DNA of 64,000 nt. Source: the human T2T-CHM13v2.0 reference genome, Homo sapiens. The notes beneath the pieces were generated by a model. The model worked only from the letters and a program-made list of their open reading frames with translations. It did not search any database and was not told where the DNA came from. A program made the translations under genes and the position numbers. The DNA lies in assembly GCF_009914755.1 (NCBI RefSeq), contig NC_060934.1. One strand, written 5' to 3'. Below are positions 12,870-29,000 of the stretch, in pieces (position 1 is the stretch's first letter; each line of letters begins with the position of its first letter).

Positions 12870-14175
12870 TAGAGTAATCACTAAAATACTTTGAATCAAT
12901 AAAAATAATAAATTAGGATAAAATTCTGTGGGAGTAGTAGGATGGTAATACAAGTTCAAGAAGAATAAAACAAAAGAATGATGTAAAACCTCTGATGATC
13001 AAAAATTAGAGCTTGTTCATAACAAAATATTCTTTTCAGAATGATTATCTTGATGCATATACTGTGTTAAATGTATAACTGATGTGACTACCATATTATA
13101 GAAGTTTTCATTGGTACACACTATAAATTGAACTTTACCACTTTAGTATTATTAGGATATTTTTGTTGACCCTTAAAGTAAACTATGTAGAGGCTATCAA
13201 CTTCCTTGGGGAAGAATCATTAGGTGAATTTGCAACATAATTGTTTTATTTTTGTAATATAAAGTTTAATCATGCATTAGCATAAGTAAAACATTTTGTC
13301 TTCAATAAAAGTGTCATAATATACAAATTTTGTTTAACAGTGGACTCCTGTGAGATGTGTGAAATTTCAAAACCCTTTAAGAGATTAAAACATTTTAGTC
13401 ATGAACAAGTATTAATTGATGTATTCAATGTAAATGCTTTGTTTCAAAAAATATTTAGTGTTTGCAAGATTCTATCCAAGAAACCTGATTTATATTCTCC
13501 TCTGAACATTATTCTGTTTTTGTACAATAGCCATAGCTTATCCTGCAGGATAGCCTGGCCTCTAATTATTGCTATGTTTATATTATGTGCACAGATTGTC
13601 TGCATTGTGGCTTATCCTCAGGTATTTCCAGATGTGTTCCTAGGTGCACATTCATCAATATGCACATTTGTCTTATGCATAAAAGCTAACTTCATTGTTC
13701 TTTTTTAAGGCCTTTTTTAAAAGATTATTTGCTGAAAAGTCCAAAGAATCTGATTTAATTTGTGTGAGAATGTTTGCTTTTTTGCTTGTGAGTCAAAAAC
13801 ACCACAAAGACCCTTTAACAATACGGTTTCTGTTTTAGCCAGAAGGATAAGGTAAGATGAAGCTTTGCAATTTATTTTTTTATGATCTTTTCATTTCATA
13901 TAATCTTGTCAATATTTAGTGAAGAAAATACTTGAGTTTATAAAAATTGTGGGTTAATAGATCTGTCATCCATCCCACGCAAGAGAGGTTATATGTAATA
14001 TGGTGGTATAGAGAAAGATTAGACGGGCAAGTTCAAGACCACTGAATGCTATATAGATGACACAGAGCAATCGGTGGAGAAAATATTGAGTGTTTTGTTC
14101 ACGGTTAGAGTAAAAAGTATTGTTAGGTATACTGTAAACTGGTTTCTTCTTCTTTCATTCCAGTCTTGCTCTAAC

Positions 14176-14457
14176 CAAGTTATTTGCAAACTTTTTGACT
14201 ATCATAAACAGTACGAAATACATTGATATTCACAATAGGAAATATATTGGTCATTAAGCCCTGTAAAAACATACATACACATTGACAGAATTAAAAATAT
14301 TATGAAACTGTACTTATCTATTATGTGTGGAGTCATGTGTTTTATGGTATAACGTATACACTATAATATTCTTCTCATTCTATTCTATTTTATATATTTT
14401 TAAAAGATTGATCTTATAACTATCTAATGCGGTGTGATCTGTAAAATGCAAAGCACT
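14176..14457. mobile_element. hAT-Charlie-type MITE remnant
   Basis: caaactttttgac...cagtacgaaatacatt start and ...aaagcactg end resemble hAT-Charlie MER termini; family uncertain. Confidence 0.5.
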
Positions 14458-14465
14458 GTTTAATG

Positions 14466-14649
14466 CAGTGGTACTCAGTTGGGATGATTTGTCCCTCAGG
14501 GAATATTTGGCAACGTCTGGAGACATTTTTAGCGTCACAGTCAGGGGATACTGATGTGTAGTGGGTCAGTCATCTTAAAAGGTACAGCTCTCCACAACAA
14601 ATCATTACCTGGCCCCAAATATCTATAGTACTGAGGGTGTGAAACCCTG
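14466..14649 (+). mobile_element. MER20 (hAT-Charlie)
   Basis: cagtggtactca...atttggcaacgtctggagacattttt...gaaaccctg. Confidence 0.85.
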
Positions 14650-14738
14650 GCCTACTGTATATTGCCCTCCAGAGCTTAGAAAGTTTTTCTTGTTTCTTAG
14701 ACTTCCTTTCAGTTAGGGCTTGATTATGACTTAGATTT

Positions 14739-15133
14739 TGCTATGGTGTGAATATGTCCTCTCCAAAATCTAGGTGTTGCCTATGTGATAGTATTAAGAG
14801 GTGGGGCCTTTAAGAGGGCATTAGGTCATGAAGTTTCCTCCTTCATGAGTAGGTTTAGGTGCCCTTATAAGGAGACTTGACACAGGGAGACCATTCCTGT
14901 TTACTTCCCCTGCCTTCTGTTGTGGGAAGACACAGTGTTACTCCCTTCCAGAGGATGCAGAGTTCAAGACACCATCGTGGACACAGAGACCCAACCCTCC
15001 CTGGATGCGGAAGCTGCTGCTGCCTTGATCTTAGACTTCCCAGAAGCCAGACCTGTGAAAAAATAAGTTTCTGATCTTTATAAATTGCCCAGTCTATAGA
15101 ATTCTGTTATAGCAGTACAAACAGACTGAGACA
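14739..15133 (+). mobile_element. MaLR solo LTR (MST/MLT1A-like)
   Basis: tgctatggtgtgaat start, gatagtattaagaggtggggcc, ...acagactgagaca end. Confidence 0.85.
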
Positions 15134-15410
15134 CACTGTGTGACAGAACTGAATTCAGAACGAAGTTAGGCAGAGAGGAGGAGGAAGGTCCTAAAGCAGC
15201 CATATGAGAAAACAGCCATGGCAGAGTCACTGTGGATCTGTGGAGGTTTCCTCCAGTGGCAGCAGCTGCTTTCCTGGTCACAGAGGCAGTGTGAGTCCTG
15301 GCCTGAGAGCAGTTCTTGTAAAGCAAGCATAAGGTCTGCTCCTTTAGCCCTTTCAAGAACTTCACATCCTGCCTGGTAATAAATCCCTGTCTACCCAAAG
15401 TATTTGGAGC
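15134..15410 (+). mobile_element. Possible old LTR fragment
   Basis: GC-richer segment ending in LTR-like taataaatccctgt; family not recognised. Confidence 0.3.
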
Positions 15411-15630
15411 ACATGAGTTAAAAGTAAATAAAAGTAATATCTATAATGTCTCCAAACTAGAAATATGTACATCCCCCAAAAAAAGAAATCAACCAATAGG
15501 TTGACCAAATGTGGACGCTCATCATTTAGTTACTACAGCCTAGGAAAGTACTGGGCAAATGGAAAACATATTAAAGCAGGGATACGGTTTTTTAAAAAGT
15601 AATTCTTTTGAATTATGACATTTTAGGTGA

Positions 15631-15690
15631 GAAACTGTAGCCAAAAATTGACATATTGAAAAAACTGTAGCCAAAAATGAACACATCAAA
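15631..15690. repeat. 30-bp tandem duplication
   Basis: gaaactgtagccaaaaattgacatattgaa / aaaactgtagccaaaaatgaacacatcaaa. Confidence 0.85.
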
Positions 15691-16496
15691 AGTAAGACAT
15701 AAGCAACTTAATGGCTTTTTTGGAGGGTATAACATTTGGCACTATCTAGGGTCAAAGGACCTTTAAGTAAGTTTCACAGTGAACTAAAAGTTTCCATTTT
15801 AGGTGTCAATGTTATGTTAATTTTTTTGGTGAACATATTTCTAATTTATGTCATGAATACTTGTAGCTTTTCTTAATAGTCCAAGATTCTTTTACTCTTT
15901 CACCAGACATTAACACTTTCTATGTCTAAAATGTGGTTTTGTCGTGATGATAGCTATGAGTGTGCTCTGCAGTGGTATTTTCACACATTGGTGTGTGAAG
16001 AAAATGTAAAATGTTCCACTGGAAAAAGCACTTTATTAGAAGGTTGCAGATTTCTGCAGATTTCCTCAAAGAAATCTGAACAAGACGGATGGAAATCGTT
16101 TAAGAGTAGAAAAAATATTTGCATAATTGAATATTCTCTTGCTTCAAGAGAAAAGGAAACTGAGAGTCAGAGACATTGAGATATACTCTCATCACACAAC
16201 CCACCAAATGGAAGTTGTAGCTGAAACGTGTCCTCTGAGAGAGGCTGGCGCTCTCTCCGCCCGTCCTGGTACACCCTTCACCATCTGCACTTACGGCAGA
16301 GCAGCACCATGACATCGTTGATCGGAGGAGGGTGTTTTGTACTGCACAGGGATCCTGGCTGCTCCCTCCATAATTTATGCAAAATAAATTAAATGCTGAC
16401 ATTTTGCTTCCGTTACCTTGTAACTGCTTAGAATCTACTTATTTAACACACAGTCATCTTGATGCCGATGGTGACCTCCACTAGTTACTTACCTTC

Positions 16497-16792
16497 TTTT
16501 TTTTTTTTTTTTGAGATGGAGTCTTGCTCTGTTGCCCCGGCTGGAGTGCAGTGGTGCAATCTCGACTCACTGCAACCAACCCCTCCCAGGTTTAAGCAAT
16601 TCTCCTGCTTCAGGCTCCTGAGCAACTGGGACTACAGGCGCATGCCACCATGCCCAGCTAATTTTTGTATTTTTAGTACAGATGGAGTTTCACCATATTG
16701 GCCAGGCTGGTCACGAACTCCTGACCTAGTGATCCACCCGCCTCGCCCTCCCAAAGTGCTGGGATTACAGGCGTGAGCCACCACACCCAGAC
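16497..16792 (-). mobile_element. AluS SINE
   Basis: Full Alu; TSD ctagttactta. Confidence 0.93.
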
Positions 16793-16811
16793 TAGTTACT
16801 TAACTTTCAAC

Positions 16812-17109
16812 TTTTTTTTTTTTTTGAGATGGAGTCTGTCATTCTGTTGCCAAGGCTGGAGTGCAGTGGTGCGATCTTGGCTTACTGCAACCTTTATCTC
16901 CCAGGTTCAAGCAATTCGTGTGCCTCAGCTTCCTGAATAGCTGGAATTACAGGCACATAGCACCATGCCTAGCTAACTTTTGTACTTTTAGTAGAGACAA
17001 GGTTTCACTATGTGGGCCAGGCCGGTCTCAAACTCCTAACCTCAAGTGATCCACTTGCCTCAGCTTCCGAAAGTGCTGGGATTACAGGAGTGAGCCACGT
17101 TACCTGGCC
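16812..17109 (-). mobile_element. AluS SINE
   Basis: Full Alu directly adjacent to the previous one. Confidence 0.93.
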
Positions 17110-18069
17110 TATATGCCTCAATTTCTTACCTCTAAACTGGTGGTAATAATGTTACGAATCTTCTGTGCCTGCTCATAGGACAAGTTATTTACACACACGC
17201 ACACACACACACATAAATTTTCACCTGGCATGGGTAGGGTGCATAAGCACTAAAGATGAGTCACTCATAGGATTCTAAGAATTTGCTCAATATAGCTAAC
17301 ATTTATCAATAGGAAGGATCGCAGTATTCTAGGCTGTCACAGAAGACAAGCAGGGTTTGAATCCAGGCTTCCAATGGGATACTATTATCAAAAATGAAAC
17401 ATGTTGTAAGTAAATTGACAGGTAAGTGAGAGATCAACTATACAATAAATGTAATGAATTTAGAACAAAATGCAATGAGATTACATATATGAAAAGGAAG
17501 AAGTCATCAAAATATTTTTAGCAATCAAGAATGAGAAAGTAGAAATGGTAATTTTTTATTAGACAATATTTTTTAGCACACACTCTAAGGAACTTCTGTT
17601 TTGACAAAGAATATCTGAAAGTTGTTGATGCTGAATGAAGTTTGAAAAATAGTATCTGTGAAAATTTTACCATAATGTTATCTCCTTCCTGTACTAAACT
17701 ATGGCATTGAAATAGAAGAGCATTGAGTGTTTCTTACGTGTCTAAAACAGCACTAAAAAAACAAGTGGGGTAAAAGAAGCAGAAACATAGTCTATATTCT
17801 CCAAGTTCTAATATTATTATTAAATAGTCTCTTTTGGAGGTGCAGGTGTCAGATTTAGTGAAGAAAAATATACCATAATTTGTATTTTAGATAAACTAAG
17901 AATTGATTTGGTATAAGTATATTCTAAATATTGTATAAGATATACTTACACTTAAAAAATGCCAATTACTCATTGCTTGTTGCTTATTTAACATTCACAT
18001 TTAACAAGCCATTCGGTATTTATTTATTTTGTCCCAGCAATGCTATTTAAGGGATTTTGTTTTATTTAA

Positions 18070-18442
18070 TGTAACTTTAGCTGCTGTAACAGACAAACCC
18101 TATAATATCAATAGCCCAACACAATAAAGCTTTCTTTTGCATGCATAAATCATACGAATGTTCATGTTTGGGTAGGTCTCCACTCAGGAGAAGAAACAAA
18201 GACCTCTTCTACATTGTAAGTTCATTTTGAAAACATGGCTTGCAATTTCTGTTTGGGGGTTGTCTCCGTTCCTGATACCAGAAGGGAAGCCCCACTCTTG
18301 GGGTGAGAGGGAGAAGCTTGGATATGACTTACATACTTTCTGCTCACATTTAGGACACAAGCTCACTTACTGGGAACTATAGTCTAGCAGTGTGACCCAG
18401 GAAAGAGGAAGCCAATTGAATTATCTGGAAGTCTCTGCTACA
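18070..18442 (-). mobile_element. Old MaLR LTR (MLT1J/K/L-like)
   Basis: ttagctgctgtaacagacaaacc...aacacaataaag start and ctctgctaca end. Confidence 0.6.
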
Positions 18443-19185
18443 GATGCTGAAACACTGCAGACATGTGAGAACTTTATCAATGGAAGAGTTTTACCCAGTC
18501 TACAGACATTCAAGAAAAGAAAAACTACATCGATGTGAATTCTAATAATGAAAAAGTATCTTATTTAAAAGTTTAAAAGAACATGTAGAAGCAAATTACT
18601 ATTTACAAAAATAAGTTAATTAAAACAGATGTGTGATCTACATATAGTGAATTATCAATTTTGCACATAAATGTACATAAATGCAAATTATCTTTTCTTT
18701 GTTTCTTTTTTTCTCCTTCAATTTTTATATTAAGTTCCAGGATTCATGTGCAGGATGTGCAGGTTTGTTACATAGGTAAATGTGTGCCATGGTGGTTTGC
18801 TGCACAGATCATCTCATCACCTAGGTATTAAGCCCAGCATCCATTAGCTATTCTTCCTGATGCTCTCCCTCCTCCCACATACCCCACTACTGACAGGTCC
18901 CAGTGTGTGTTGGTCCCCCCATGTGTCTATGTGCTCTCATCCTTCAGCTCCCACTTGTGAGTAAAAACATGCAGTGCCTAGCTTTCTGTTATTCCATTAT
19001 TAGTTCGCTGAGGATAATGGCTTCCAGCTCCATCTGTGTCCCTGCAACGATCATGATATCATTCCTTTTTATGGCTGCATAGTATTCCGTGGTGTATCTG
19101 TACCACATTTTCTTTATCCAGTCTATCATTGATGGGCATTTGGGTTGATTCCATGTCTTTGCTATTGTGAGTAGTGCTGCAGTGA

Positions 19186-19504
<319 letters not shown>

Positions 19505-19661
19505 ACGTGCATGTATCTTTATAATAACATGATTTATATTCCTTTGCATATATAGCCAGTAAAAAGATTGTGGGTCAAATGGTATTTCTGCCTTTAGATC
19601 TTTGAGGCATCACCACACTGTCTTCCACAATGGTTGAAATAATTTACACTCCCGCCAATAG

Positions 19662-19979
<318 letters not shown>

Positions 19980-20460
19980 AAAAGTGTTCCTTTTTCTCCA
20001 CAACCTCACCAATCTGTTGTTTCAGTAATCGCCATTCTGACTGGTGTGAAATGGTATCTCATTTGGTTTTGATTTGCATTTCTCTAATGAACATGATCTT
20101 ATTTCATTCATCAATACCCTTAAGGATTTCTAGTGAAAAATAATACCACTTTCCTGATAATCTCCTTATAAAGTTGTTTGTGTTATCAGTTGTATTGGAA
20201 GTAATAAAACTGGCAATCTTTATTTATCAAAGCCATGTTGAAATTTTTTTCAGATGATTTCAATGTTAGTATAAAACTTCTGTGCGAATATATGCAAACT
20301 GCAGGATAACGTATATTAATAGATAAAATATTGACTGAAAGAAACGACCTAAAATAGGCAACTATAAAATGGAAATGATAAAACACTGAATAGTTTATAG
20401 TTAGAATTTATCAATTTAAATAACATTCGCTGTAAATGACATTTTAAAAGTACATGAGGA

Positions 20461-20827
<367 letters not shown>

Positions 20828-22691
20828 CTAAGGTTCATATTCAAAGAAAAGGCCAAGGAAAAGGGAGAGGTAACATGAAACTGAAGAAAGAAGTCCGAGA
20901 AACAAACAAAAACCAATGTGAGTCCTCAAAAAAGAGGAGAGAGACAAAGGGGAAATTTGATTTTAAAGAATCTCTAGAATTAAGCTGCTGCTTTTTCATT
21001 ACATTTAAGTATCAGTAAGAAACTTAATTTTGATGCAGAAAAACAGCTGAAATACAAAGCTGATAAGCCACATGTAGTCATGTATGAGAGAAGAAATATT
21101 TTAAAGGCACAATAATTAGCTTTGTGTTGCTTATTTGATGTAGCTTTAACCTTAACAAGAGCTTTTTCAGTTGGTGCCATTATCTAATAATCTACTATTA
21201 TCGATTTTCAGAGAAAACAAATTATCTGCAGTAAAACTTTCTGAAAGTCACAAACATGAAGAACCCAGAGGCAAAAGATTTATAGAATCTTTAAAAGATA
21301 GCTAGAGGCAAGAGTTTGAGCCATGGGAGCAGATCGCCAAAAAAACTCTTGTCTACCTAATAATTCCTCCATAGAACAAAATCTATTCAAAGCACAATCC
21401 AGAAAATAGAATCGACATCATGCCACTGCAGTCTTCAGCTGCGACCTTGCTAGAAACAAGCCACAGGTCTGCCACTTACACAGAATTATTCACAAACGAA
21501 CAACCTGCCTGCAGGAAGAGAGAAAAAAAAGGAAGACTTTAATAATCAAATCCAGTGACAACATAAATATTTCACCATGTCACTCTCAGGGTGCAAGCTG
21601 GTTTGCCTTCTAGAATAATTTAGGGAACAAAATATGATTCTGTGTAACACAAAACATATTGGCCTAAAACTTTTTTATTTTTTTTAAAATTAGAGGCTAC
21701 AACTGCTTTCATTGAAAGATATGAGTTGTTCAAGACCCACTCTTTATTTAAACCTTAAAAGTAACCCACCAAGTAACAGCATAGGATCTAGATTCAATTC
21801 TAGCTTTAATAGCACAAAGTCACCTTCAGATGTACAAGTCTACATGTCTAGCCTTGAGATTAATTTTTTTAATTCTCATGGTGATTCATAATATAATCCC
21901 AGGAGAGACAAGGTGAGACAAAGCAAATATGAAAAATTTTAAGCCTAATTCTATACAGTTTTCTGATGATAAAAGCGTATCTTAGGGAGTGAGGTAAGTA
22001 GAAAAACTTCTCTTTCTCTCACTCCCCATCCTCTATTCTCTCTCTCTCTCTCAACTCAGCTGTTCATTCCTAACAGTTATATTTATTTCAGAGCTCGCTC
22101 TAGGCCAAATGAAAGTAAGATTATTTTTCTTTGGCACCTCAATTCCCTCTTTTTAGTTCTTCTGCCTCTTATGGGTCATTCCCCCTTGGCTGCCCTAACT
22201 ACATTTGGCTTACATTATTTTGTTAATGCGTTTTCCCTTTGGAGTTTTCCTGCCTCCATCAGACTTTATTGTTCTGAGTCTCATTGTAATTTTAATTATA
22301 TATCATGATGAAAAGAAATCTGAAAAACATGTAATAAGCCAGTATCTCATAATGGATTAATGTTAATTCCATGAGAACAATTGCATTCCAACTGGAGAAT
22401 TCTGGAGAGACAAAGCCCTAATCCCAAGGGTGAGGCATATGTGAAACTGGATATAATTTTATACTCTTTAAAGCAAGACTCAGTGAGTCTGGTTCAATTT
22501 CTCATATAGGGCTAAATTTGAGGAGAGAATTTCTAGTCACTGGCTAATAGTTTGCAAGTTCTTCTGGCCACGTTTGCAAATATAGAAATGTGACCAAGGA
22601 AATAAATTGTGAGAGAATTGTTTATATTATAATTCTTAAGGTTTGGGAAACATACTATTACTAGAAAAGAACATAGATATCATTTGCCAAA

Positions 22692-23097
22692 TGCTGTGGT
22701 TTAAATGTTCATGTTCTTTCCAAAATTGACATTGGGACTTAAAGCCCAATGTGATAGTATTAAGAGGTAAAGCCTTTGGAAGGTGATGAAGTCAAGAGGG
22801 CAGAACTCTCATGAATGGGATCAGCCACTTTATCAAAGGGCTAGAGGGAACTAACTGGGCTCTTTTTGCCCTTCTGCCTTCTGCAGTATGAAAGCCCAGC
22901 ATTCATCCTCTCTGGAGAAGGCAGCAACAAGGCATCATCTTGGAAGGAGATAGAGCTGCCTTCAACAGACATAGAACCTGCCAGCACCTTGATCTTGGAC
23001 TTCCCAATCTCCAGAGTTATGAGAAAATACATTTCTACTCATTACAAATGATCCATTTTGTGGTATTTAGTTGTATCAGCACAAATAGACTAAGGCA
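22692..23097 (+). mobile_element. MaLR solo LTR (MSTD/MLT1A-like)
   Basis: tgctgtggtttaaatg start ... aatagactaaggca end; TSD ccaaa/cgaaa. Confidence 0.85.
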
Positions 23098-23139
23098 CGA
23101 AATGTCCTAGTTTTGAAGCCAATACAAGTAAAGATATAC

Positions 23140-23365
23140 TAGCAATGTACCAAACATTATGCAAACTGCTTTTTCCATTATCTCACTTAATTTCTACTAC
23201 AACTCTTTGAGATAGACACTGTTGTCCCCATTTCACAGATGAGAAGTCCAAAACCTGCTTGATAAATTTTTAAGTTGTCCAAAGTCACATGGTCGGTAGG
23301 TGCAGAGCTAGAATGCAAACTCAAGGCTACCTGACTCCAAGCCAGGGTTCATTCCCTTGTGCTGC
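23140..23365 (-). mobile_element. MIR SINE
   Basis: ccccatttcacagatgag...ttgtccaaagtcacatgg...ctgactcca MIR core. Confidence 0.8.
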
Positions 23366-23425
23366 AGGACCTGACAGAGCATGACATTGAGGCACAGGAA
23401 GTTATGTCCAAGCTCCTATTGTTAG

Positions 23426-24005
<580 letters not shown>

Positions 24006-25359
24006 TAAAAATTCCAACTCTATTTGAGATGAGTGAAATGGATCACATACTATCCTGATGATTGGTTATATAAACATTGGGGATAATGAACAAAGAAGAA
24101 TATTCAAATATTAAATGACAAAAGTAAAAATGTAATTCTAAATATCATAACAAATTCATTCTTCTTCTAATCTGAAAATCATTTCACTAATGATGAAAAT
24201 ACCTTTCATCACCTGAGTTTATCTTGTTCAGGTGACAGAGATTTTATATTCAAAATATTGTCATAGTTAAATACTTTTCATTTCTTCTGTGACTGTCTTT
24301 TGTTAAAACCCAGGCTATACAACCCAGGGCATAAAAGTCTTACCATCTTTTCAGGTAGAATTTTTCTTCCTTATGTTAATTTCCAAAAAAAAATCAATAA
24401 AATCTGTAGGTCCTGTAAGACACATTTTTTGCAAACTGTATTCAATTCAGGAAAATGATTATCTCTGTTTTTAAAAATAAATGTGTTGTAAATGAAATGT
24501 AATGCCGACACTATGTAAACAATAACTCTTCTGCAATTACAAATTTATTTCCTTCATGACTGCTGATGCCTCAAACCTAGAGGAACACCATGGAAGACAA
24601 AGAAAACTAAACAAAAACAATTTATTTCCTTCAATCTTTCCTGCTCAATAATTACTTCCTGCATTTTCTGATATCTGCTTCCTGTTGCCTATTTCTATAT
24701 GTTTTGCCCTTATAAATGACCAAGGGAAACACTATGAATGGAAAAAGATTTGCAGCAATTGTTGGCAAATCTCCAGTTCTGCCTCATTCAAACACGGAAT
24801 TAAAATTAGAAAGGCAATATTATCCTTTCACCTTTGGTTTATGGTAAGTTGTCAGAAATGGAGCATTGAAATATGCTTTCAAGGTAAGTCCACCTAATTA
24901 TTTAACTTACGTTTTTTTCTTTTGTCTTTACAAGCAGGGGCACTTGGGTTTATCTGATTGCTTCCATTTGCATTTGCTTACACACTCATGTCCTTTTTCA
25001 TTTATTCAATAAAAGTCCTTCTTTTCCTTTCTTTTCTTGAATGATTTGATAAAACATATCTGTGATCACATCTTTTAGAGTTACAAAGATATTTTTAACA
25101 CACTGGTACACTTTCTCTGCTCCCTTCAATTCATTCAGAGTGATTATATATGCAGAAAAATTAACTCTAAAATGGGGCTGTGTCATTTTACAAGTGCCCA
25201 TTTTTTCAGAAAAAGCACTCATTGACTTCCTCTTTGAATTATTGCTTTTGGATACATAAGCTTCTGCATTTAAATAATGCCTTCTCTTTAGCCAGGGATT
25301 TGCGGTGTATCCAATTGGGATGAAATATAAAAATGCAGGCTTCCCACATGTTCTAGAGC

Positions 25360-25595
25360 CTCTACTTCTCAGAGTGTATGCATAATAACAGATGCTACAA
25401 AAGTAACTAGTGAAATAATTTGGAAAACTTCACAAAGTTAAACCTGTTTCTTTACTGCAGAACTTCTCAGAATCTATAATATAGCAAAGTACATGTAAAT
25501 TTCCATGTATGTGTCAAGTAAGATGTAGTTTAAGACAGTTTCCCCCACACATCCTTATATATAAAATCACTCTGTGGTGCACATCTCTAGACCAC
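25360..25595 (+). mobile_element. MER103C-like hAT-Charlie MITE
   Basis: acaaagttaaacctgtttctttactgcagaacttctcaga core. Confidence 0.65.
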
Positions 25596-25975
25596 TGTTC
25601 TGCCTAAGCTAAATTGGGAACTGTTTCACAAAATAATAGCTCTTCAAGGACTAAAAGGGACATTTTGCAAAACCTCAGGAATTTCAAGCTGTGGCTGACT
25701 GACCCAAGCAGGAAAAGCAGAGGCAGGAGTTAGCCTAAGGGGAGGTGCTCTGGGCTTCTTCCCATTTGGCTGGAATATTTCTTCAACAGTTGCAGCAAAA
25801 AAGGTCCATTAGCAAGAAGGACATGCTTCTGGATGTCTAAGTGAGCCAAAGTGTGGTTTAGCAAACTGCATAATAGAAAGAAATCAGCCAAAGGAAGAAC
25901 CCATCTGATGAAGCTATAAATGGACCATATACAGGAAAGACAACTAATCATTGAACGTGTCTACTTAAACAACAG

Positions 25976-26340
25976 TGCTATGGTTAGGCTCTTTGTCCCC
26001 ACCCAAATATCATCTAGAATTGTAATCCCCAGGTGTTGAAGGAGAGACCTGGTGGGAGGTAACTGGATCATGGGGGCTGTTTCCCCTATGCTGTTCTAAT
26101 GATAGTGAGTGAGTGCTCACAAGATCTGATGGTTTTATAAGGGTTTTTTTCCCCTTCACTTTCTTGACATGCTCTCTTGCCTGCTGCCATGTAAGATGTG
26201 CCTGCTTCACCTTCTGCCATGATTGAAAGTTTCCTGAGGCCTCCCCAGCCATGTGGAACTATGAGACAATTAAAACTCTTTTCTTTACAAATTACCTGGT
26301 CTTGGGCAGTTCTTTCTAGCAGTGTGAGAACAGACTAATA
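25976..26340 (+). mobile_element. THE1D/MSTA-like MaLR solo LTR
   Basis: tgctatggttaggctctttgtccccacccaaat ... gtgtgagaacagactaata; TSD aacag. Confidence 0.92.
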
Positions 26341-27199
26341 AACAGCAAGCCTTTCCTGGGTATTGTGTAAGGTTTTACAGTGTAAATCAGAATTTATAAG
26401 CTAATTAGTGCTCAATGAAATTAAGGGTTGCTTTCGATAAGAATTTTATTCCATAGCCATAATATTAAAGAGGAAACAAACCTTAGTTAATCTCACGTCA
26501 CGTTTATTGCATAGCAATGTTACGCAGGAATCTAGATTTCTAGACATACATATGTCTGCTCCTCAGGGTGCTGTCATTTTAAACACTTCTCCCAAAGTTG
26601 AATTAGGAATGGAATAATAATTGTTAAGTAAAAATTCTGAAATCATGGAATTCTTCCTATTGAAAAAAAACACTAACTTCAGTATGAATGAAGCTGTATC
26701 ATCTGAAGTTCAAATCACAGACAAAAGGTATTTTTGTCTACTAAAGAGATAGGAATTATCATTAATTTTAAAACTTAATTTTATTGGTAAATTTGTGGAA
26801 TTTTTCTAGGAAAGATCTCCTTCTTTGTTGGAGAATGAATTTCTTTATAGATGCTGAATTAATTTAGTTAAATATTTTGTTACCATAATTATTTTCTTAC
26901 CATAATTATTTTCTTAAAATATTTATTCTTCAAAATATGTTAAAGTTAAAATGTGGGAATGAGATAAACAATAAACATAAGCCACGATATCTTTTGTAGG
27001 AAAGAAAAATGTGGAAGATTGATATCTGTATCTTGTGAGTAAATATAACAAATTCCCATGTTTTTACTGCCTAGAAATGAACAACTTAAGTAAAAGTGTT
27101 TTTCCATTTTAAAAAAATGGATGTGGGAAATAATCATTTTATTTCAATCCATTTATAACAACAATTGCATGTTTTAATTAAATTTCCATTGATATCAAT

Positions 27200-27390
27200 A
27201 GACAAGGGCATTGCATAGTTTAATTAAATCTTTAACATTACCTTTGAGGGTAGACACTCATTTCATTTTAATTAACAAATGAGAAAATTTCTTAGCTGGG
27301 CTAGGTTTATTTAGATGGTTAATAATGGAGCTATGGTTTAAACTTAGGGGGACCGACCAGGGTCTATACCGTTAATCTCTGAGATCCACA
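27200..27390 (-). mobile_element. MIR remnant
   Basis: cctttgagggtagac...cattttaattaacaaatgagaaa. Confidence 0.5.
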
Positions 27391-27724
27391 CATAGGTACT
27401 CAGGGTGCCTTGCCTTGGTATCATCACCACTGCATAAAAATTCAGTTAATGTTGGTAAAGTATCAGGTCTTCAGAGGTCTATATCTCATTCATGAAGCTC
27501 ACTTATGAACTTATTTTGAGGGTATATTGAATCAAAATACACCAGTTAGCCTACATGACGCATCACACGTCTTCTCTATGTTGGGTTTCTTAGTGAAATA
27601 CAGTGTTAAATGTGAGCTATAGAAGCAGACCATCTTCTTTTTTTCTTTCTTCTTCTGTTTCCTCATTTATTTTTTAATTCTTTTGACATATATTCATTGA
27701 GCACTATCTAAGACAAATGTATGA

Positions 27725-28436
<712 letters not shown>

Positions 28437-29000
28437 CACCATCTCTTATTAGGGTACAGACCTATGAAAAGTAAGTGAGAAGAGTATTTATGTCCTGTGG
28501 TAGAATATATAGGAGGCCCCTAAGAAGGGAGCACTCACTCAATCCTACTGACAGAGCAGGGAGTGAGGCCAAAAAGAATTCATCACTAGAAAACATCCTA
28601 GCCAAGTCTCAAAAGATGAGGAGGTAGTAAAAGCATATGGACAGGGGAAACAGCAAGGACAGAGATATTGGGCTATGTGTCTCAGCTGTGAAAAGACAGC
28701 TGTTTTGGCAGGGCAGGTTAGAAAGCAGAAAGAGTACAGAGAGAACAGGCCAGAGGTTCAGAGGCCAAATTAAAATTGGTCTCGATTCTGTAAGGATAGG
28801 AATTTAGACTTTGCCCTTTTGAGAAAGAAAAATCATTGAAAGATTTTAAAAGAGACAATAGGATGATCCTAATTTTTAAGGAACATATTTTAAAACTGCA
28901 TTTATTTGTTTAATTACACAAGAGTGATATACATGCCTTTTAGAAGCCGTGGGCAGTAAAGGAGGCTGTACAAGCTGGAGGTATGAAGAAGAACTAATGG

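Noticed and set aside
26880-26915. 17-bp tandem duplication ttaccataattattttc (similar 15-bp one at ~34460)
   Set aside because: Ordinary slippage events.
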